From NCBI GenBank assembly GCA_047284725.1, contig JBJBEO010000001.1, forward strand, positions 1,656,203-1,720,202: a DNA stretch of 64,000 bases. The letters run 5' to 3'. Shown here piece by piece: positions 10,064 through 20,465 of the stretch. Positions within the stretch are counted from its first letter, which is position 1, and each line of letters begins with the position of its first letter. Below the pieces are notes generated by a model, which was given only the letters and a program-made list of their open reading frames with translations, did no database searches and was not told where the DNA came from. The DNA is from Synechococcus sp. GTDB lineage: Bacteria; Cyanobacteriota; Cyanobacteriia; PCC-6307; Cyanobiaceae. A program made the translations under genes and the position numbers.

Positions 10064-11344
10064 TTACTGAGCCGTGATCAGACGCGATTGCGCTTCACCT
10101 TGGGGAGCCTGACTGGGCCTGAGGACAAAGTCGCTGGCCACGCCCTCCAACCGAGCGGAGTCTCCCCTGCGACGACGCTCAATGGCCTGACAGAGAGGCA
10201 ATGGATCGGCGCCGGGATCCAGCCATGCCATCGGGTCACGCCTGCCGTCAGCTGCCAGGGGAGCGGGGGCCAGAGTCGTGAGCGCCAGCACCCGAGCCGT
10301 TTCGTAACCGGCTGCGGCAATCAGATCAGGGCTCGCTCCCCAGCGTTGCTCGAACGCTGCGGCGAATCCCTTCCAGCCAGGCCCCTGGGCTGGTTGATCC
10401 AACACCAGCTGAGGCCATGGCTGGGAGGACACCGCTGCGGCCTGTGGGCGACTCAACAACCACACCCATGCCGGTTGGCGGGAAACGTCTGGAGCAGACT
10501 GACGCTGGCGCAGAACAGTTGCAAGCGATCCATGCAAGGGGGACGCCAGCACGATGGCATCAGGCCCCAGCCAATCAAGATCCTTCTGCAGCAAAGCCAG
10601 ACGTTCGGGATCGGACGGGTCGATCTCCTGCAACGACGCTTCGGTGTAGGAGAGCACCGTGCCTCCCATCCCCTCAAAAAACTCGACAAAGGGGGTGGCG
10701 CGATCGGCCTCAAGGGTGGAAGGGTCTGTCACCACCATCACCCGTTTCCAGCCCCGATCAATCGTGGCTTTCGCCAAGGCCCGAAGCTCATCCTGACGTG
10801 ATGGCAGCAACGGCCAGACCCGACCCTGCTCATCCAGACCAGGAAGCATTGTCAACGCGGCACCACGCTGATGCCCGAGCAACACCCGCGCATCTCCCTC
10901 GGCAGCCAGCCGGCTGTAACTGCGCAGATCAGCCCCGAAGCCAGCCACCACAAGGGAGGGCACGACGGGCTGATTGTTCCCGTCGCGGGGAAAGAGCACA
11001 AATGGATCAGCATCGGCAGCAAGCGAATGCATCACCATCGCTGCCGGCTCGGCACCACAGCCCCGAACGGCTTGTTCTCCCAAGGCAAGACCCTGCAGGA
11101 ACGCATCCCGAGCGCCCTCCAGCCCATGGGGCATCACCAGAGCCACTGGAGCAGTGATTTGGCGGCTGGCGGCCATGGCCTGGCAACCCAGGAGACTGGC
11201 CACGAGCATCAGCACTGGGCGCCAGCGCAGAGAACGGCAACCCTCCCAGGATTGATCCCAGATCCTCAGTCGCGCCAAGGGACCGGTGGCGGACGGTTGA
11301 TCAACGACCGCTTCGGAAGGAGGAGCTTCAGGGGACGAGGCCAT
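10064..11344 (-). CDS. Putative periplasmic binding-fold (LivK/LppC-like) protein
   Basis: Hydrophobic segment ending LLGC; FEQRWG..PDLIAAAGYE pattern reminiscent of type I periplasmic binding proteins. Confidence 0.55.
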   Translation of the reverse strand: MASSPEAPPSEAVVDQPSATGPLARLRIWDQSWEGCRSLRWRPVLMLVASLLGCQAMAASRQITAPVALVMPHGLEGARDAFLQGLALGEQAVRGCGAEPAAMVMHSLAADADPFVLFPRDGNNQPVVPSLVVAGFGADLRSYSRLAAEGDARVLLGHQRGAALTMLPGLDEQGRVWPLLPSRQDELRALAKATIDRGWKRVMVVTDPSTLEADRATPFVEFFEGMGGTVLSYTEASLQEIDPSDPERLALLQKDLDWLGPDAIVLASPLHGSLATVLRQRQSAPDVSRQPAWVWLLSRPQAAAVSSQPWPQLVLDQPAQGPGWKGFAAAFEQRWGASPDLIAAAGYETARVLALTTLAPAPLAADGRRDPMAWLDPGADPLPLCQAIERRRRGDSARLEGVASDFVLRPSQAPQGEAQSRLITAQ

Positions 11345-11370
11345 GGGGTCGAAATCCCAGCGGCTTCAAG

Positions 11371-11589
11371 CTAGGGAGAGGGATCCTCACCGTCTGTATT
11401 TGTGACAGGAGCGGCATCAGGGAGGAGGTAGGCCAGCAACCCCACGGTCGGCAGGAGACAGCCAAGTCCAATGGCGAGAGGACGATTCGTCCCAGCCGCT
11501 TCCGTCCAGACAGCGGTACTGAGAAAGGCTGCTCCCAGCAGAACGCAGGGCACCATCACCATGCCGGCAGCCACACGATTCTTGGCCAT
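11371..11589 (-). CDS. Small two-TM picocyanobacterial protein (GIVxVP-like)
   Basis: NRVAAGMVMVPCVLLG with two hydrophobic helices. Confidence 0.7.
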   Translation of the reverse strand: MAKNRVAAGMVMVPCVLLGAAFLSTAVWTEAAGTNRPLAIGLGCLLPTVGLLAYLLPDAAPVTNTDGEDPSP

Positions 11590-11591
11590 GG

Positions 11592-11957
11592 TCAGGCGGC
11601 CAAACAGCTGAGGCGACCCAGCCCAGCCGAGGCGAGACCTGCGCTGAGATCTTGCTCTTCACCCAACGGTGTGACGCGGGCGATCAAGGTACCCTCCACC
11701 GACCCCTCAGGGCGAAGGTTCACCCGGCGACGCCTCGGGAGAGCGTGTTTCAACCAATCGAGGGCTGCCTGCTCATCGGCAGGGTTGACCTCAAGACAAG
11801 CAAGCTGAACGGTGTAATTACGATTGCGATCACCGATCTGCAACAACGACGAGGAGCGCACCTGCAACACCTCAGCGGCGATGGCCTGGGGCGCCATGGC
11901 GACCAAGGCAAGCAGGATCAGACCAAGGGCCAGGCCACGACTCATCCAACCAGCCAT
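11592..11957 (-). CDS. Secreted SNase/thermonuclease-like OB-fold protein
   Basis: Signal peptide then AEVLQVRSSSLLQIGDRNRNYTVQLAC; ATG at 11957 overlaps the ilvB stop (TGATG). Confidence 0.7.
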   Translation of the reverse strand: MAGWMSRGLALGLILLALVAMAPQAIAAEVLQVRSSSLLQIGDRNRNYTVQLACLEVNPADEQAALDWLKHALPRRRRVNLRPEGSVEGTLIARVTPLGEEQDLSAGLASAGLGRLSCLAA

Positions 11958-13810
11958 CAGAGCGAGGCTCCGCAGGTGGGGCAGAAACGGTGATCGTGGC
12001 TGGTGATGGCTCCACAGGAACCACAGGTGCGCCTCGCGTCCATCGCCAGCTCGGGATGAGAAGGAAGACCCACCATCTGGGCATTGCTGCAACCAGGGGG
12101 CACCATCGGGTAGCAGTTCTCGCCTCGACGAACACGGACATCAATCAACGTCGGGCCGGGAGCCTCCAGGGCATCGCGCAGATCTGATCCAAGCGTCTCC
12201 CGGCGATCAATACGAACACCACGCACACCGAAGGATTCAGCCAAGCCCACAAAATCAGGCATCCCGGTTTGCATGTTTGAAGCGGAATAGCGCTCCTCGT
12301 AGAAACTCTCCTGCCACTGGCGCACCATCCCTTGCCACTGGTTGTTCACAATCACCACCTTCACGGGCAGCTGATATTGGGCGAGGGTTCCCAGCTCCTG
12401 AATGTTCATCAGGATGCTGGCGTCTCCGGCAACGCAAACCACCCTCTGATCGGGGAACGCTGCCTGAGCCCCCATCGCAGCAGGCATCCCGAATCCCATG
12501 GTGCCGAGACCGGCACTGCTGATCCATTGACGGGGGCCGTTGCGAAGGTACTGGGCCGACCACATCTGGTGCTGCCCCACGTCAGTGGTGACGATGGCCC
12601 CAGTACAGAGATCGCGAAGGGCAATCAACACCTCCTGCGGATAAATCGCACCATCGGGATTGGGAACGGTGAGGGGATAGCGCTGTTTCCAGCTTTCGAT
12701 CTTGGCCAGCCAGGCCCCGGTCGTTGGGGTCACATCACGTTGCCGGCTGCGCTGCATCAACTGGGTCATGCTCTGGCCGAGGTCCCCCAGCACAGCCACC
12801 TCCGCCAGGCGGGTCTTGCCGATCTCCGCCGGATCGATTTCGAAGTGCACAACCCTGGCACGGGGAGCGAAGGTGTCGAGCTTGCCCGTGACCCGATCAT
12901 CAAAGCGGGCACCCACGGCAATCAGGAGATCGCACTCGGTGACGGCAAAATTGGCATAGGCCGTGCCATGCATCCCAAGCATCCCCACCGAGAGGGGATC
13001 GTTCTCATCAAAGGCACCCTTGCCCATCAAGGTGGTGGTGACGGGCAGCTGGTGACGGTGAGCCAGCTCTGCGAGTGACGCATGAACACCGGCAGAGATG
13101 GCCCCCCCGCCCACATACAGCAGGGGTCGCTGTGCCTGCTGGATCAGGTCGAGGGCGGCATCAAGGGCAGCGGGATCCGGTTGTTGCGGTTGCCGGAATC
13201 CATTCGGCACTACAGCCCCGGGCTCAACCGGCACGTAATCAAATTCCTCCTGACCCACGTCCTTGGGGATATCGATCAACACAGGGCCTGGACGCCCGGA
13301 GGCTGCAATGAAGAAGGCCTGCGCCACCACCGAGGCGAGATCGGCCGGATCGCGCACCACCCAGGAGTGCTTCACAATCGGCAGGGTGATGCCGAAGATG
13401 TCGGTTTCCTGAAAGGCGTCGGTGCCAATGGCGGGGCGCGGCACCTGGCCCGTGATCACCACCATCGGCACCGAATCCATCTGAGCTGTGGCAATGCCGG
13501 TGACCAGATTGGTCGCGCCAGGACCCGATGTTCCAAAACAGACGCCCACCCGACCGGTTGCACGGGCATAGGCATCGGCGGCGTGGGTGCCTGCCTGCTC
13601 ATGGCGGACAAGGATGTGGCGGACCCATCCCTGGGACTCCGCCACATGCAGGGCGTCATAGATGGGAAGGATCGCCCCACCCGGATAGCCGAAAATGGTG
13701 TCAACGCCGTGACGGCGCAGGGAATCCATCAGTGCTTCGGCACCAGTGATCCGTCGCCTGCTCTCCTCCAGGGAGGCACCGGGGACCGTTGGCGCAGAAG
13801 TCAGGGTCAC
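11957..13810 (-). CDS. ilvB: Acetolactate synthase large subunit
   Basis: [36 protein letters not shown] motif; C-terminal CxxC..CxxC. Confidence 0.98.
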   Translation of the reverse strand: MTLTSAPTVPGASLEESRRRITGAEALMDSLRRHGVDTIFGYPGGAILPIYDALHVAESQGWVRHILVRHEQAGTHAADAYARATGRVGVCFGTSGPGATNLVTGIATAQMDSVPMVVITGQVPRPAIGTDAFQETDIFGITLPIVKHSWVVRDPADLASVVAQAFFIAASGRPGPVLIDIPKDVGQEEFDYVPVEPGAVVPNGFRQPQQPDPAALDAALDLIQQAQRPLLYVGGGAISAGVHASLAELAHRHQLPVTTTLMGKGAFDENDPLSVGMLGMHGTAYANFAVTECDLLIAVGARFDDRVTGKLDTFAPRARVVHFEIDPAEIGKTRLAEVAVLGDLGQSMTQLMQRSRQRDVTPTTGAWLAKIESWKQRYPLTVPNPDGAIYPQEVLIALRDLCTGAIVTTDVGQHQMWSAQYLRNGPRQWISSAGLGTMGFGMPAAMGAQAAFPDQRVVCVAGDASILMNIQELGTLAQYQLPVKVVIVNNQWQGMVRQWQESFYEERYSASNMQTGMPDFVGLAESFGVRGVRIDRRETLGSDLRDALEAPGPTLIDVRVRRGENCYPMVPPGCSNAQMVGLPSHPELAMDARRTCGSCGAITSHDHRFCPTCGASL

Positions 13811-13868
13811 AGTGACGTCACAAGTAGCCGATCCTCAGATTAGGTGCCCACCCGTCGTACGGGGCTGT

Positions 13869-15044
13869 TCAGAGCAGCCCGAGAGCATGGAGAGGTCCAT
13901 GGCCACTGACCAGTTCCAAGAGAAAGGCCGAGAAACCCACCATCGCCAGACGGCCATTCCAGACCTCGGAACTGTTGTTCCAGCCCCATTCCCATTTCTC
14001 CTGGGGATAGAGCTTGACGGTGGTAGGGAGTTCAGCGGCCTGGTCAAGATTGACCTCCGGGCCATCAAGGCTCGCCGCCACCATGTCGGCCAACCCCTTG
14101 ATGAAGGGGGGATAGGTATCGAGCGCTCGAACCCGACGGAAATTGACCACACCGGCTTCCGTGGCCAACTCTCGGTATTCGATATCAATTTCCTCGAGCG
14201 TTTCGATGTGCTCACTGACGAAACTGATGGGAACCACGACGAGATCGCGGGTCTTGGCCTCACCGAGCGCCTCAAGGGCCTCTTCGGTGTAGGGCTTGAG
14301 CCATTCCACAGGGCCCACGCGGCTCTGATAAGCGAGGGTGTGAGGATTCTTGGCGCCGAGAATTGACTCCAGCTCCGTCATGATCAGGTCTGTGCAGGCC
14401 TCGATCTCCTGCTGGTAGGGATCACCGGCCTCTTCGACGTAACTCTTGGGAACGCCGTGGGCACTGAAGAAGACATGGGCTTCCCCCGGGACATCCGACG
14501 CACGGACCTGATCGGCGATCAGTTCCGCCATGGAACGCACGTAACCGGGATGGTCAAACCAGCTCCTGATGCAGCGCAGGGGGAGCTGTTGAAACGCAGG
14601 ATCCAGCTGGCGAAGACGCTGCAATTCACGAAAGCTTGAACCGCTGGTACTGATGGAAAAATGGGGATAGAGGGGCAGCACCACCACTTCCTCAATGCCA
14701 TCAGCCTTGAGGTCGGCCACGGCGGATTCAGTGAAGGGATGCCAGTAGCGCATCGCCACATACGAAGTGGCTTCGATCCCGCGCTGACGAAGCTCGCTCT
14801 GCAGTTCACGGGCCTGCTGCTCGGTGATCCGGCGCAGAGGGGAACCGCCACCGATCGAACGGTAAGCCTCCTGTGATTTGCTGCTGCGAAGGGTGCTGAT
14901 CAGCCAGGCCAAGGGTTTTTGCAGGGCTGGGATCGGCAGGCGGATGATCTCCGGGTCTGCGAACAGGTTGTAGAGAAAAGGCCCCACATCCTGGATCCGC
15001 TCCGGTCCGCCGAGATTGAGCAGAAGGACGCCGACCCGGGCCAT
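13869..15044 (-). CDS. hemH: Ferrochelatase with C-terminal CAB/HLIP domain
   Basis: [31 protein letters not shown]; tail [12 protein letters not shown]. Confidence 0.98.
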   Translation of the reverse strand: MARVGVLLLNLGGPERIQDVGPFLYNLFADPEIIRLPIPALQKPLAWLISTLRSSKSQEAYRSIGGGSPLRRITEQQARELQSELRQRGIEATSYVAMRYWHPFTESAVADLKADGIEEVVVLPLYPHFSISTSGSSFRELQRLRQLDPAFQQLPLRCIRSWFDHPGYVRSMAELIADQVRASDVPGEAHVFFSAHGVPKSYVEEAGDPYQQEIEACTDLIMTELESILGAKNPHTLAYQSRVGPVEWLKPYTEEALEALGEAKTRDLVVVPISFVSEHIETLEEIDIEYRELATEAGVVNFRRVRALDTYPPFIKGLADMVAASLDGPEVNLDQAAELPTTVKLYPQEKWEWGWNNSSEVWNGRLAMVGFSAFLLELVSGHGPLHALGLL

Positions 15045-15136
15045 TGAGCAGCCGCTGACAGAAGTGGAGTTGAGCGTAACCCCCATCGCTGCCAAGGTGG
15101 CACCATTCGACTGGTGGTGATTGCCAGATCAGCGGC

Positions 15137-16357
15137 ATGGACCTGAGTGCAGATCTCACCACGATCAACGCCTCGCTTCAGGCTGAGGGGTGTCGGCTTC
15201 GGATTGAACAGCGGGGGCAACGTCTCAATCTGCGTGGCCCCCTTCCGTGTCGAACCACTGAAGGCAAACAACGGACCCAGAGGCTGAGCCTTGGCCTGTC
15301 GGCCAACCACGACGGCCTGGAGGAGGCGCGCCAACTGCTGCATCTCGTCGATCTGCAATTACGGCGCAACCAGTTCGACTGGCGGCAATGGACCCAGGTG
15401 CCCACCAGCGGCTCCGCAGGGTGTGCAACCGACTCGGGCGAGGGCAACAACCGTGCAGGAAAGAAACGGTCACCTTCGCTGGAGCATCTGCTTGACGACT
15501 TTGAAGACAGTTTCTTCAGGGATCCCCAGCGACGCCGTTCTCCCGCCGGCAGCCGCACCACCTGGAGCTCCGCCTACAGGCCTTATCTGCGCCGCCTGAG
15601 AGACCTGTCCATGGAGCATCAGCGAGTGCTCGACAGCGATCTGCTCAGTCTCACCCTGGCCAGCTACGCCGACGGCAGTCGCAGCCGCCAACAATGCGCC
15701 ACAACCCTGGCGGCCCTGGCTCGTCATTGCGGCATCCCTCTTCCCGACAACTGGCGTGCTGAAGCCGGGGGGTACGGCCTGCACCGGGCCCGCTTCAGGC
15801 AGCTACCGACCGATCCCCAGATTCTGGAAGCTGTCCTGACCATCCCCAATCCCTCCTGGCGCCTGGTCTTCGGTTTGATGGCCACCTACGGGCTCCGCAA
15901 CCACGAGGTGTTTTTCGCAGACCTCACCTCGCTGGCTGCGGGAGGGGATCAGGTGCTTCGGGTCCTGCCCACCACAAAAACGGGAGAACACCAGGTGTGG
16001 CCCTTTCACCCCGACTGGGTGGAGCGCTTCCAACTCGGCGCGCTCGGCACGGATCCAACACTGTTGCCAACCATCTGCACCGATTTACGCCGCACCACGC
16101 TCCAGCAGGTGGGACGCCGGGTCGCCGAGCAGTTCCGCCGTTACGACCTGCCACTGACGCCCTACGACCTGCGCCACGCCTGGGCCGTACGCACGATTCA
16201 CATCGGCCTGCCCGACACCGTGGCCGCCAGGATGATGGGGCACTCCGTGGCCATTCACACCCGCACCTACCACCACTGGATCACCCGTCGTGATCAGCAA
16301 CAGGCGGTGGATACAGCCCTGGCCCGACACCTTGGTGTTCGAAAGTCCGCCTCATGA
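15137..16357 (+). CDS. Tyrosine recombinase/integrase family protein
   Basis: YGLRNHE (R), TKTG (K), YDLRH, MGH, HTRTY (Y) catalytic motifs. Confidence 0.9.
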   Translation: MDLSADLTTINASLQAEGCRLRIEQRGQRLNLRGPLPCRTTEGKQRTQRLSLGLSANHDGLEEARQLLHLVDLQLRRNQFDWRQWTQVPTSGSAGCATDSGEGNNRAGKKRSPSLEHLLDDFEDSFFRDPQRRRSPAGSRTTWSSAYRPYLRRLRDLSMEHQRVLDSDLLSLTLASYADGSRSRQQCATTLAALARHCGIPLPDNWRAEAGGYGLHRARFRQLPTDPQILEAVLTIPNPSWRLVFGLMATYGLRNHEVFFADLTSLAAGGDQVLRVLPTTKTGEHQVWPFHPDWVERFQLGALGTDPTLLPTICTDLRRTTLQQVGRRVAEQFRRYDLPLTPYDLRHAWAVRTIHIGLPDTVAARMMGHSVAIHTRTYHHWITRRDQQQAVDTALARHLGVRKSAS

Positions 16358-17028
16358 CTTCGTTTCTCCGCCCTCTGGCCTACCGCCATCGCTGGATTTA
16401 CGACACCGTCACCGCCGTGTCGTCCCTCAGCGTGGGCGGGGTTGAGAAACTCCGGCGCCTGGGGCTCGAAGCGCTGGCTCCTCACCTCAAGCCAGGTGCA
16501 TCCGTGCTGGACCTGTGCTGCGGAAGTGGAGAGGCCGCGGCACCATGGCTGGAAGCCGGGTTCAAGGTGACGGGGCTCGACGTCTCCCCGCGGGCTCTCG
16601 AGCTCGCTGCCCAGCGTCACCCGACGATGCAGCGGATCGAAGGCCTTGCAGAGGATCCCCCCCTTGGTGATGGCAGCTTTGATGCCATTCAGCTCAGCGT
16701 GGCCCTTCACGAATTTCCCCGGCGCGAACGAGCGATGGTTTTGGAGCAATGCCTGAGATTGCTCCGGCCGGAGGGCTGGCTCGTGGTGGTGGACCTGCAC
16801 CCGGCAGGCCCCTGGCTGCGTCTGCCCCAACAGCTGTTCTGCGCCCTGTTCGAAACGGAAACGGCGACGGCCATGCTGGAGGACGATCTGCCATCCCAGC
16901 TTCAAGCCATTGGCTTCTCCCAGGTGAGCAGCCAACGACTCGCTGGCGATGCCCTTCAACGGATCACGGCCACCTGTCCATGGTCCGCAGCAGCCAGCAC
17001 CCTCACCCCCTGCATCCATCAGCGATGA
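16354..17028 (+). CDS. Class I SAM-dependent methyltransferase
   Basis: VLDLCCGSG, GLDVS, LRPEG motifs. Confidence 0.9.
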   Translation: MTSFLRPLAYRHRWIYDTVTAVSSLSVGGVEKLRRLGLEALAPHLKPGASVLDLCCGSGEAAAPWLEAGFKVTGLDVSPRALELAAQRHPTMQRIEGLAEDPPLGDGSFDAIQLSVALHEFPRRERAMVLEQCLRLLRPEGWLVVVDLHPAGPWLRLPQQLFCALFETETATAMLEDDLPSQLQAIGFSQVSSQRLAGDALQRITATCPWSAAASTLTPCIHQR

Positions 17029-17690
17029 GCACCAACAACCTCGACCGTGCCGCCAGCGAACTGGGGATGGGGGGCAGGCTCGCCCCTGAACAGGACGACG
17101 CCGGCTATCGCAAGCGCATGGAACGGCGCCAGGAGGTGCAACGCCAGAGGGTGGAGGAACGCAACAAGGAGAAAGGGTTGGTGGTGGTCACCACCGGCCA
17201 GGGGAAAGGCAAGACCACGGCAGGACTGGGGCTGGCGTTGCGCACCCTGGGCCATGGCGAACGGGTGGCGGTGGTGCAATTCATCAAGGGTGGATGGGAG
17301 CCTGGAGAAGCCAGGGCACTCAAGGCCTTTGGCGACCAGATCGCCTGGCATGCCCTCGGCGAAGGCTTCACCTGGGAAACCCAAGACAGAGAACGCGACC
17401 AGCAACTGGTGGCAAGCGCCTGGGAGACCGCCCTGAGCTATCTCCATGACAGCAGCATCAAATTGGTGCTGTTGGATGAACTGAATGTGGCGCTCAAACT
17501 GGGCTACATCGAGTTGGATGTGGTGCTGGAAGGCTTGCGTCAACGCCCGGAGCTCTGCCATGTGGCCATCACCGGTCGTGGGGCACCCCAGGGACTGATC
17601 GAAGCCGCCGACCTGGTGACCGAGATGACCCTGGTGAAACATCCGTTTCGGGAGCAGGGGGTCAAAGCTCAAGCAGGCATTGAATTCTGA
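17025..17690 (+). CDS. cobO: Cob(I)yrinic acid a,c-diamide adenosyltransferase
   Basis: TGQGKGKTT, VVQFIKG, LDELN, TGRGAP, KHPF, GIEF; start at ATG 17025. Confidence 0.96.
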   Translation: MSTNNLDRAASELGMGGRLAPEQDDAGYRKRMERRQEVQRQRVEERNKEKGLVVVTTGQGKGKTTAGLGLALRTLGHGERVAVVQFIKGGWEPGEARALKAFGDQIAWHALGEGFTWETQDRERDQQLVASAWETALSYLHDSSIKLVLLDELNVALKLGYIELDVVLEGLRQRPELCHVAITGRGAPQGLIEAADLVTEMTLVKHPFREQGVKAQAGIEF

Positions 17691-17697
17691 ACGAATC

Positions 17698-17850
17698 TCA
17701 GGCCTGATCGAGATCGTCACGCAGCAACCACGAGGCGGCCGTGAGCACCGACAGACCGCTCACCAGCAAAGCTCGATGCACAATCGGATCGCTCCAGCAG
17801 GAAGGGTCCTGACTGGCGCGATCGAGCGCTGAAAGCGTGAGCCGAGCCAT
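17698..17850 (-). CDS. Small hypothetical membrane protein
   Basis: MARLTLSALDRASQDPSCW..., single hydrophobic segment; fills the gap between cobO and pyrH. Confidence 0.6.
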   Translation of the reverse strand: MARLTLSALDRASQDPSCWSDPIVHRALLVSGLSVLTAASWLLRDDLDQA

Positions 17851-17996
17851 CACCCCACTGCGTGGTGTGCCGTCATCAGCCATGAACGGATCCCAGTTGC
17901 TTCATCCAAGCGTCTTTTGATGGCTTGACCAGCCCTGCGTCCACGGCCTGGAAGCGGGGAACGCCCTTGCTACTGTCAAAAAGCTCTGGTGGATGA

Positions 17997-18710
17997 ATGG
18001 CTTACAAGCGTGCCCTGCTCAAACTCAGCGGCGAAGCGCTGATGGGTGATCAGGGATATGGCATCGATCCCGCCATCGTCCAGTCCATCGCCGAAGACGT
18101 CGCCAAGGTGATGGCCGCCGGTACGGAGCTGGCGATTGTGGTGGGCGGGGGCAATATTTTCCGCGGTCTGAAGGGATCGGCAGCGGGCATGGATCGTGCA
18201 ACTGCTGATTACGTGGGCATGCTCGCCACCGTGATGAATGCCATCACGCTGCAGGACGGTCTGGAGCGCGCAGGGGTGGAGACCCGGGTTCAAACCGCCA
18301 TCGGCATGCAGGAAGTGGCCGAGCCCTACATCCGCCGCAAAGCGATCCGCCATCTCGAGAAAGGTCGCGTCGTGGTCTTCGGCGCCGGCTGCGGGAATCC
18401 CTTTTTCACCACCGACACCACCGCTGCCCTTCGAGCTGCCGAAATCAACGCCGATGTGGTGTTCAAAGCCACCAAGGTGGATGGGGTCTACGACAAGGAT
18501 CCGGCCAAAAACACGGACGCGGTCAAGCATGAACACCTGACCTTCCAGCAGGTGCTCAGCGGCGAACTGGCGGTGATGGACAGCACAGCCATCGCCCTGT
18601 GCAAAGACAACAACATCCCCATCGTGGTCTTCAATCTGTTTGAACCTGGCAACATCGGCAGAGCCGTGGCTGGTGAACCGATTGGTTCCCGCATCAGCAA
18701 CGGCGCCTGA
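17997..18710 (+). CDS. pyrH: UMP kinase
   Basis: [32 protein letters not shown]. Confidence 0.98.
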   Translation: MAYKRALLKLSGEALMGDQGYGIDPAIVQSIAEDVAKVMAAGTELAIVVGGGNIFRGLKGSAAGMDRATADYVGMLATVMNAITLQDGLERAGVETRVQTAIGMQEVAEPYIRRKAIRHLEKGRVVVFGAGCGNPFFTTDTTAALRAAEINADVVFKATKVDGVYDKDPAKNTDAVKHEHLTFQQVLSGELAVMDSTAIALCKDNNIPIVVFNLFEPGNIGRAVAGEPIGSRISNGA

Positions 18711-18756
18711 GCGACCCAGCCGCTGATCCCGCCTCCGTCACGCCCCCAAGGACGCC

Positions 18757-19305
18757 ATGTCGAAGCAAGAACTCGAAGCCAGCATGCAGAAATCGCTGGA
18801 AGCCACCCAGCGCATGTTCAACACGATCCGCACCGGTCGTGCCAATCCATCCCTGCTGGATCGCATCAGCGTTGAGTACTACGGCGCCGACACACCGCTC
18901 AAATCACTCGCCACCCTGTCGACTCCCGACTCCCAGACGATTCAGATCCAACCGTTCGATATCAGTGCCCTCGCCTCGATCGAGAAGGCGATCGCGATGA
19001 GCGAGCTGGGCTTCACCCCCAACAACGACGGCAAGATCATTCGCATCAATGTGCCGCCCCTCACCGAGGAACGTCGCAAGGAGTTCTGCAAACTCGCCTC
19101 CAAATATGCCGAAGAGGGCAAGGTCGCTCTGCGCAATATCCGCCGCGATGCGATCGACAAGATCAAAAAGCAGGAGAAGGAAGGCGAGTGCTCCGAAGAC
19201 CAAAGCCGCGATGAGCAGGATGGGGTTCAAAAGGTGCTCGATCAATTCATCGCTTCCCTTGAAAAGCACCTCGCCGAGAAGGAAGCTGACATCCTCAAGG
19301 TCTGA
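18757..19305 (+). CDS. frr: Ribosome recycling factor
   Basis: [23 protein letters not shown]; follows pyrH. Confidence 0.98.
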   Translation: MSKQELEASMQKSLEATQRMFNTIRTGRANPSLLDRISVEYYGADTPLKSLATLSTPDSQTIQIQPFDISALASIEKAIAMSELGFTPNNDGKIIRINVPPLTEERRKEFCKLASKYAEEGKVALRNIRRDAIDKIKKQEKEGECSEDQSRDEQDGVQKVLDQFIASLEKHLAEKEADILKV

Positions 19306-19319
19306 TCGCTGATCCAGGT

Positions 19320-20465
19320 GTGAGCAGCTCCGACGTAGTCGTGATCGGCGCCGGCGCTGCCGGTGCCGCGGCAGCTTTCCATCTCAGTGCCGCTGGCCAC
19401 AGGGTCACCGTGCTCGAACGCGATGGTGGTGACGTGGCGATCGCAGGTCGAATCAAGCCCTGTGGTGGGGGCATGGCTGCCTCTGTGCAGCAGTGGTTCC
19501 CCTTCGATCTCGCACCGGCAGTCGATGAAGTGATTGAACGGGTGGAGTTCAGCTGGTGCCTTGAGGATCCGGTGGTCGCCGAATTACCAGGGTCCGCACC
19601 GTTCTGGATCGTGCGACGCGAACGCCTTGATGCCCTGGTGCTGTCCAAGGCGATTGAGCACGGCGCCGATCTTCAGAGCGGGTTCACCGTGACGCAGGTT
19701 CAGAAACAGGACGGGCGTTGGCAGGTGCAGTCCGCCGATGGTCGCTGTCATGAGGCCAGAGCCCTGGTGATCGCTGACGGCTCCGGCTCCCCCTGGCCAG
19801 AAAGTCTGGGACTGGGCCCCTCCAGCCTGCATTGCGCCACCACAACGTCGGTCCGGCTGGAAGGCCGTGGAGCCCTGCGTTCCGGCTCGGCAAGATTTGA
19901 ATTTGGCCTGGTGCATCACGGCTTTGCCTGGGCCTTCCCCATGGGGGATGGGGTCAACGTGGGGGTGGGCACGTTCATCGGCCGCAACGCCGCCGACAGT
20001 GATGCGGTGCTGTCGGCACTCCTGCCTGATCTGGGCTTCGCGGCCGATGCAGGCCTGCGGCAGCAGGCGAAGCTGCGGGTTTGGAATGGCCATCACCCCC
20101 TCCATGGGGACGGGGTCGTGGCTGTTGGCGACGCGGCTTCGCTGTGCGATCCCTTTCTGGCAGAAGGCCTTCGACCTGCGCTGATGAGCGGCTGCGAAGC
20201 CGCCGCCAGCCTCGATCGCTGGCTACGGGGAGAGCAACGCGACCTGGCGCCTTACACACGGACCATGCGGGAGCGCTGGGGGGATTCGATGGCTTGGGGC
20301 CGCAGAATCGCGCAGGTGTTCTACCGCTTCCCCAAGGTCGGCTATCAGCTCGGGATCAAGCGTCCTACAGCGCCCCAACGGATCGCCCAGATTCTCTCCG
20401 GCGACATGGGCTACGGCGATATCGCCCAGCGCGTGATCAAACGGCTCCTCCTCAAACGGGGTTAG
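19320..20465 (+). CDS. Geranylgeranyl reductase family flavoprotein
   Basis: IGAGAAG, KPCGGG, WAFP, GDAA..DPFLAEG. Confidence 0.9.
   Translation: MSSSDVVVIGAGAAGAAAAFHLSAAGHRVTVLERDGGDVAIAGRIKPCGGGMAASVQQWFPFDLAPAVDEVIERVEFSWCLEDPVVAELPGSAPFWIVRRERLDALVLSKAIEHGADLQSGFTVTQVQKQDGRWQVQSADGRCHEARALVIADGSGSPWPESLGLGPSSLHCATTTSVRLEGRGALRSGSARFEFGLVHHGFAWAFPMGDGVNVGVGTFIGRNAADSDAVLSALLPDLGFAADAGLRQQAKLRVWNGHHPLHGDGVVAVGDAASLCDPFLAEGLRPALMSGCEAAASLDRWLRGEQRDLAPYTRTMRERWGDSMAWGRRIAQVFYRFPKVGYQLGIKRPTAPQRIAQILSGDMGYGDIAQRVIKRLLLKRG

Noticed and set aside
13869..14010. HLIP/CAB motif fused to ferrochelatase
   Set aside because: Established feature of cyanobacterial HemH.
15137..16357. Prophage or island boundary at the integrase
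   Set aside because: Flanked by housekeeping genes; no att repeats, tRNA or phage genes seen.
16749..17024. N-terminal extension of CobO in the ORF track
   Set aside because: Overlaps the methyltransferase; ATG at 17025 gives a normal length and a 4-nt overlap.
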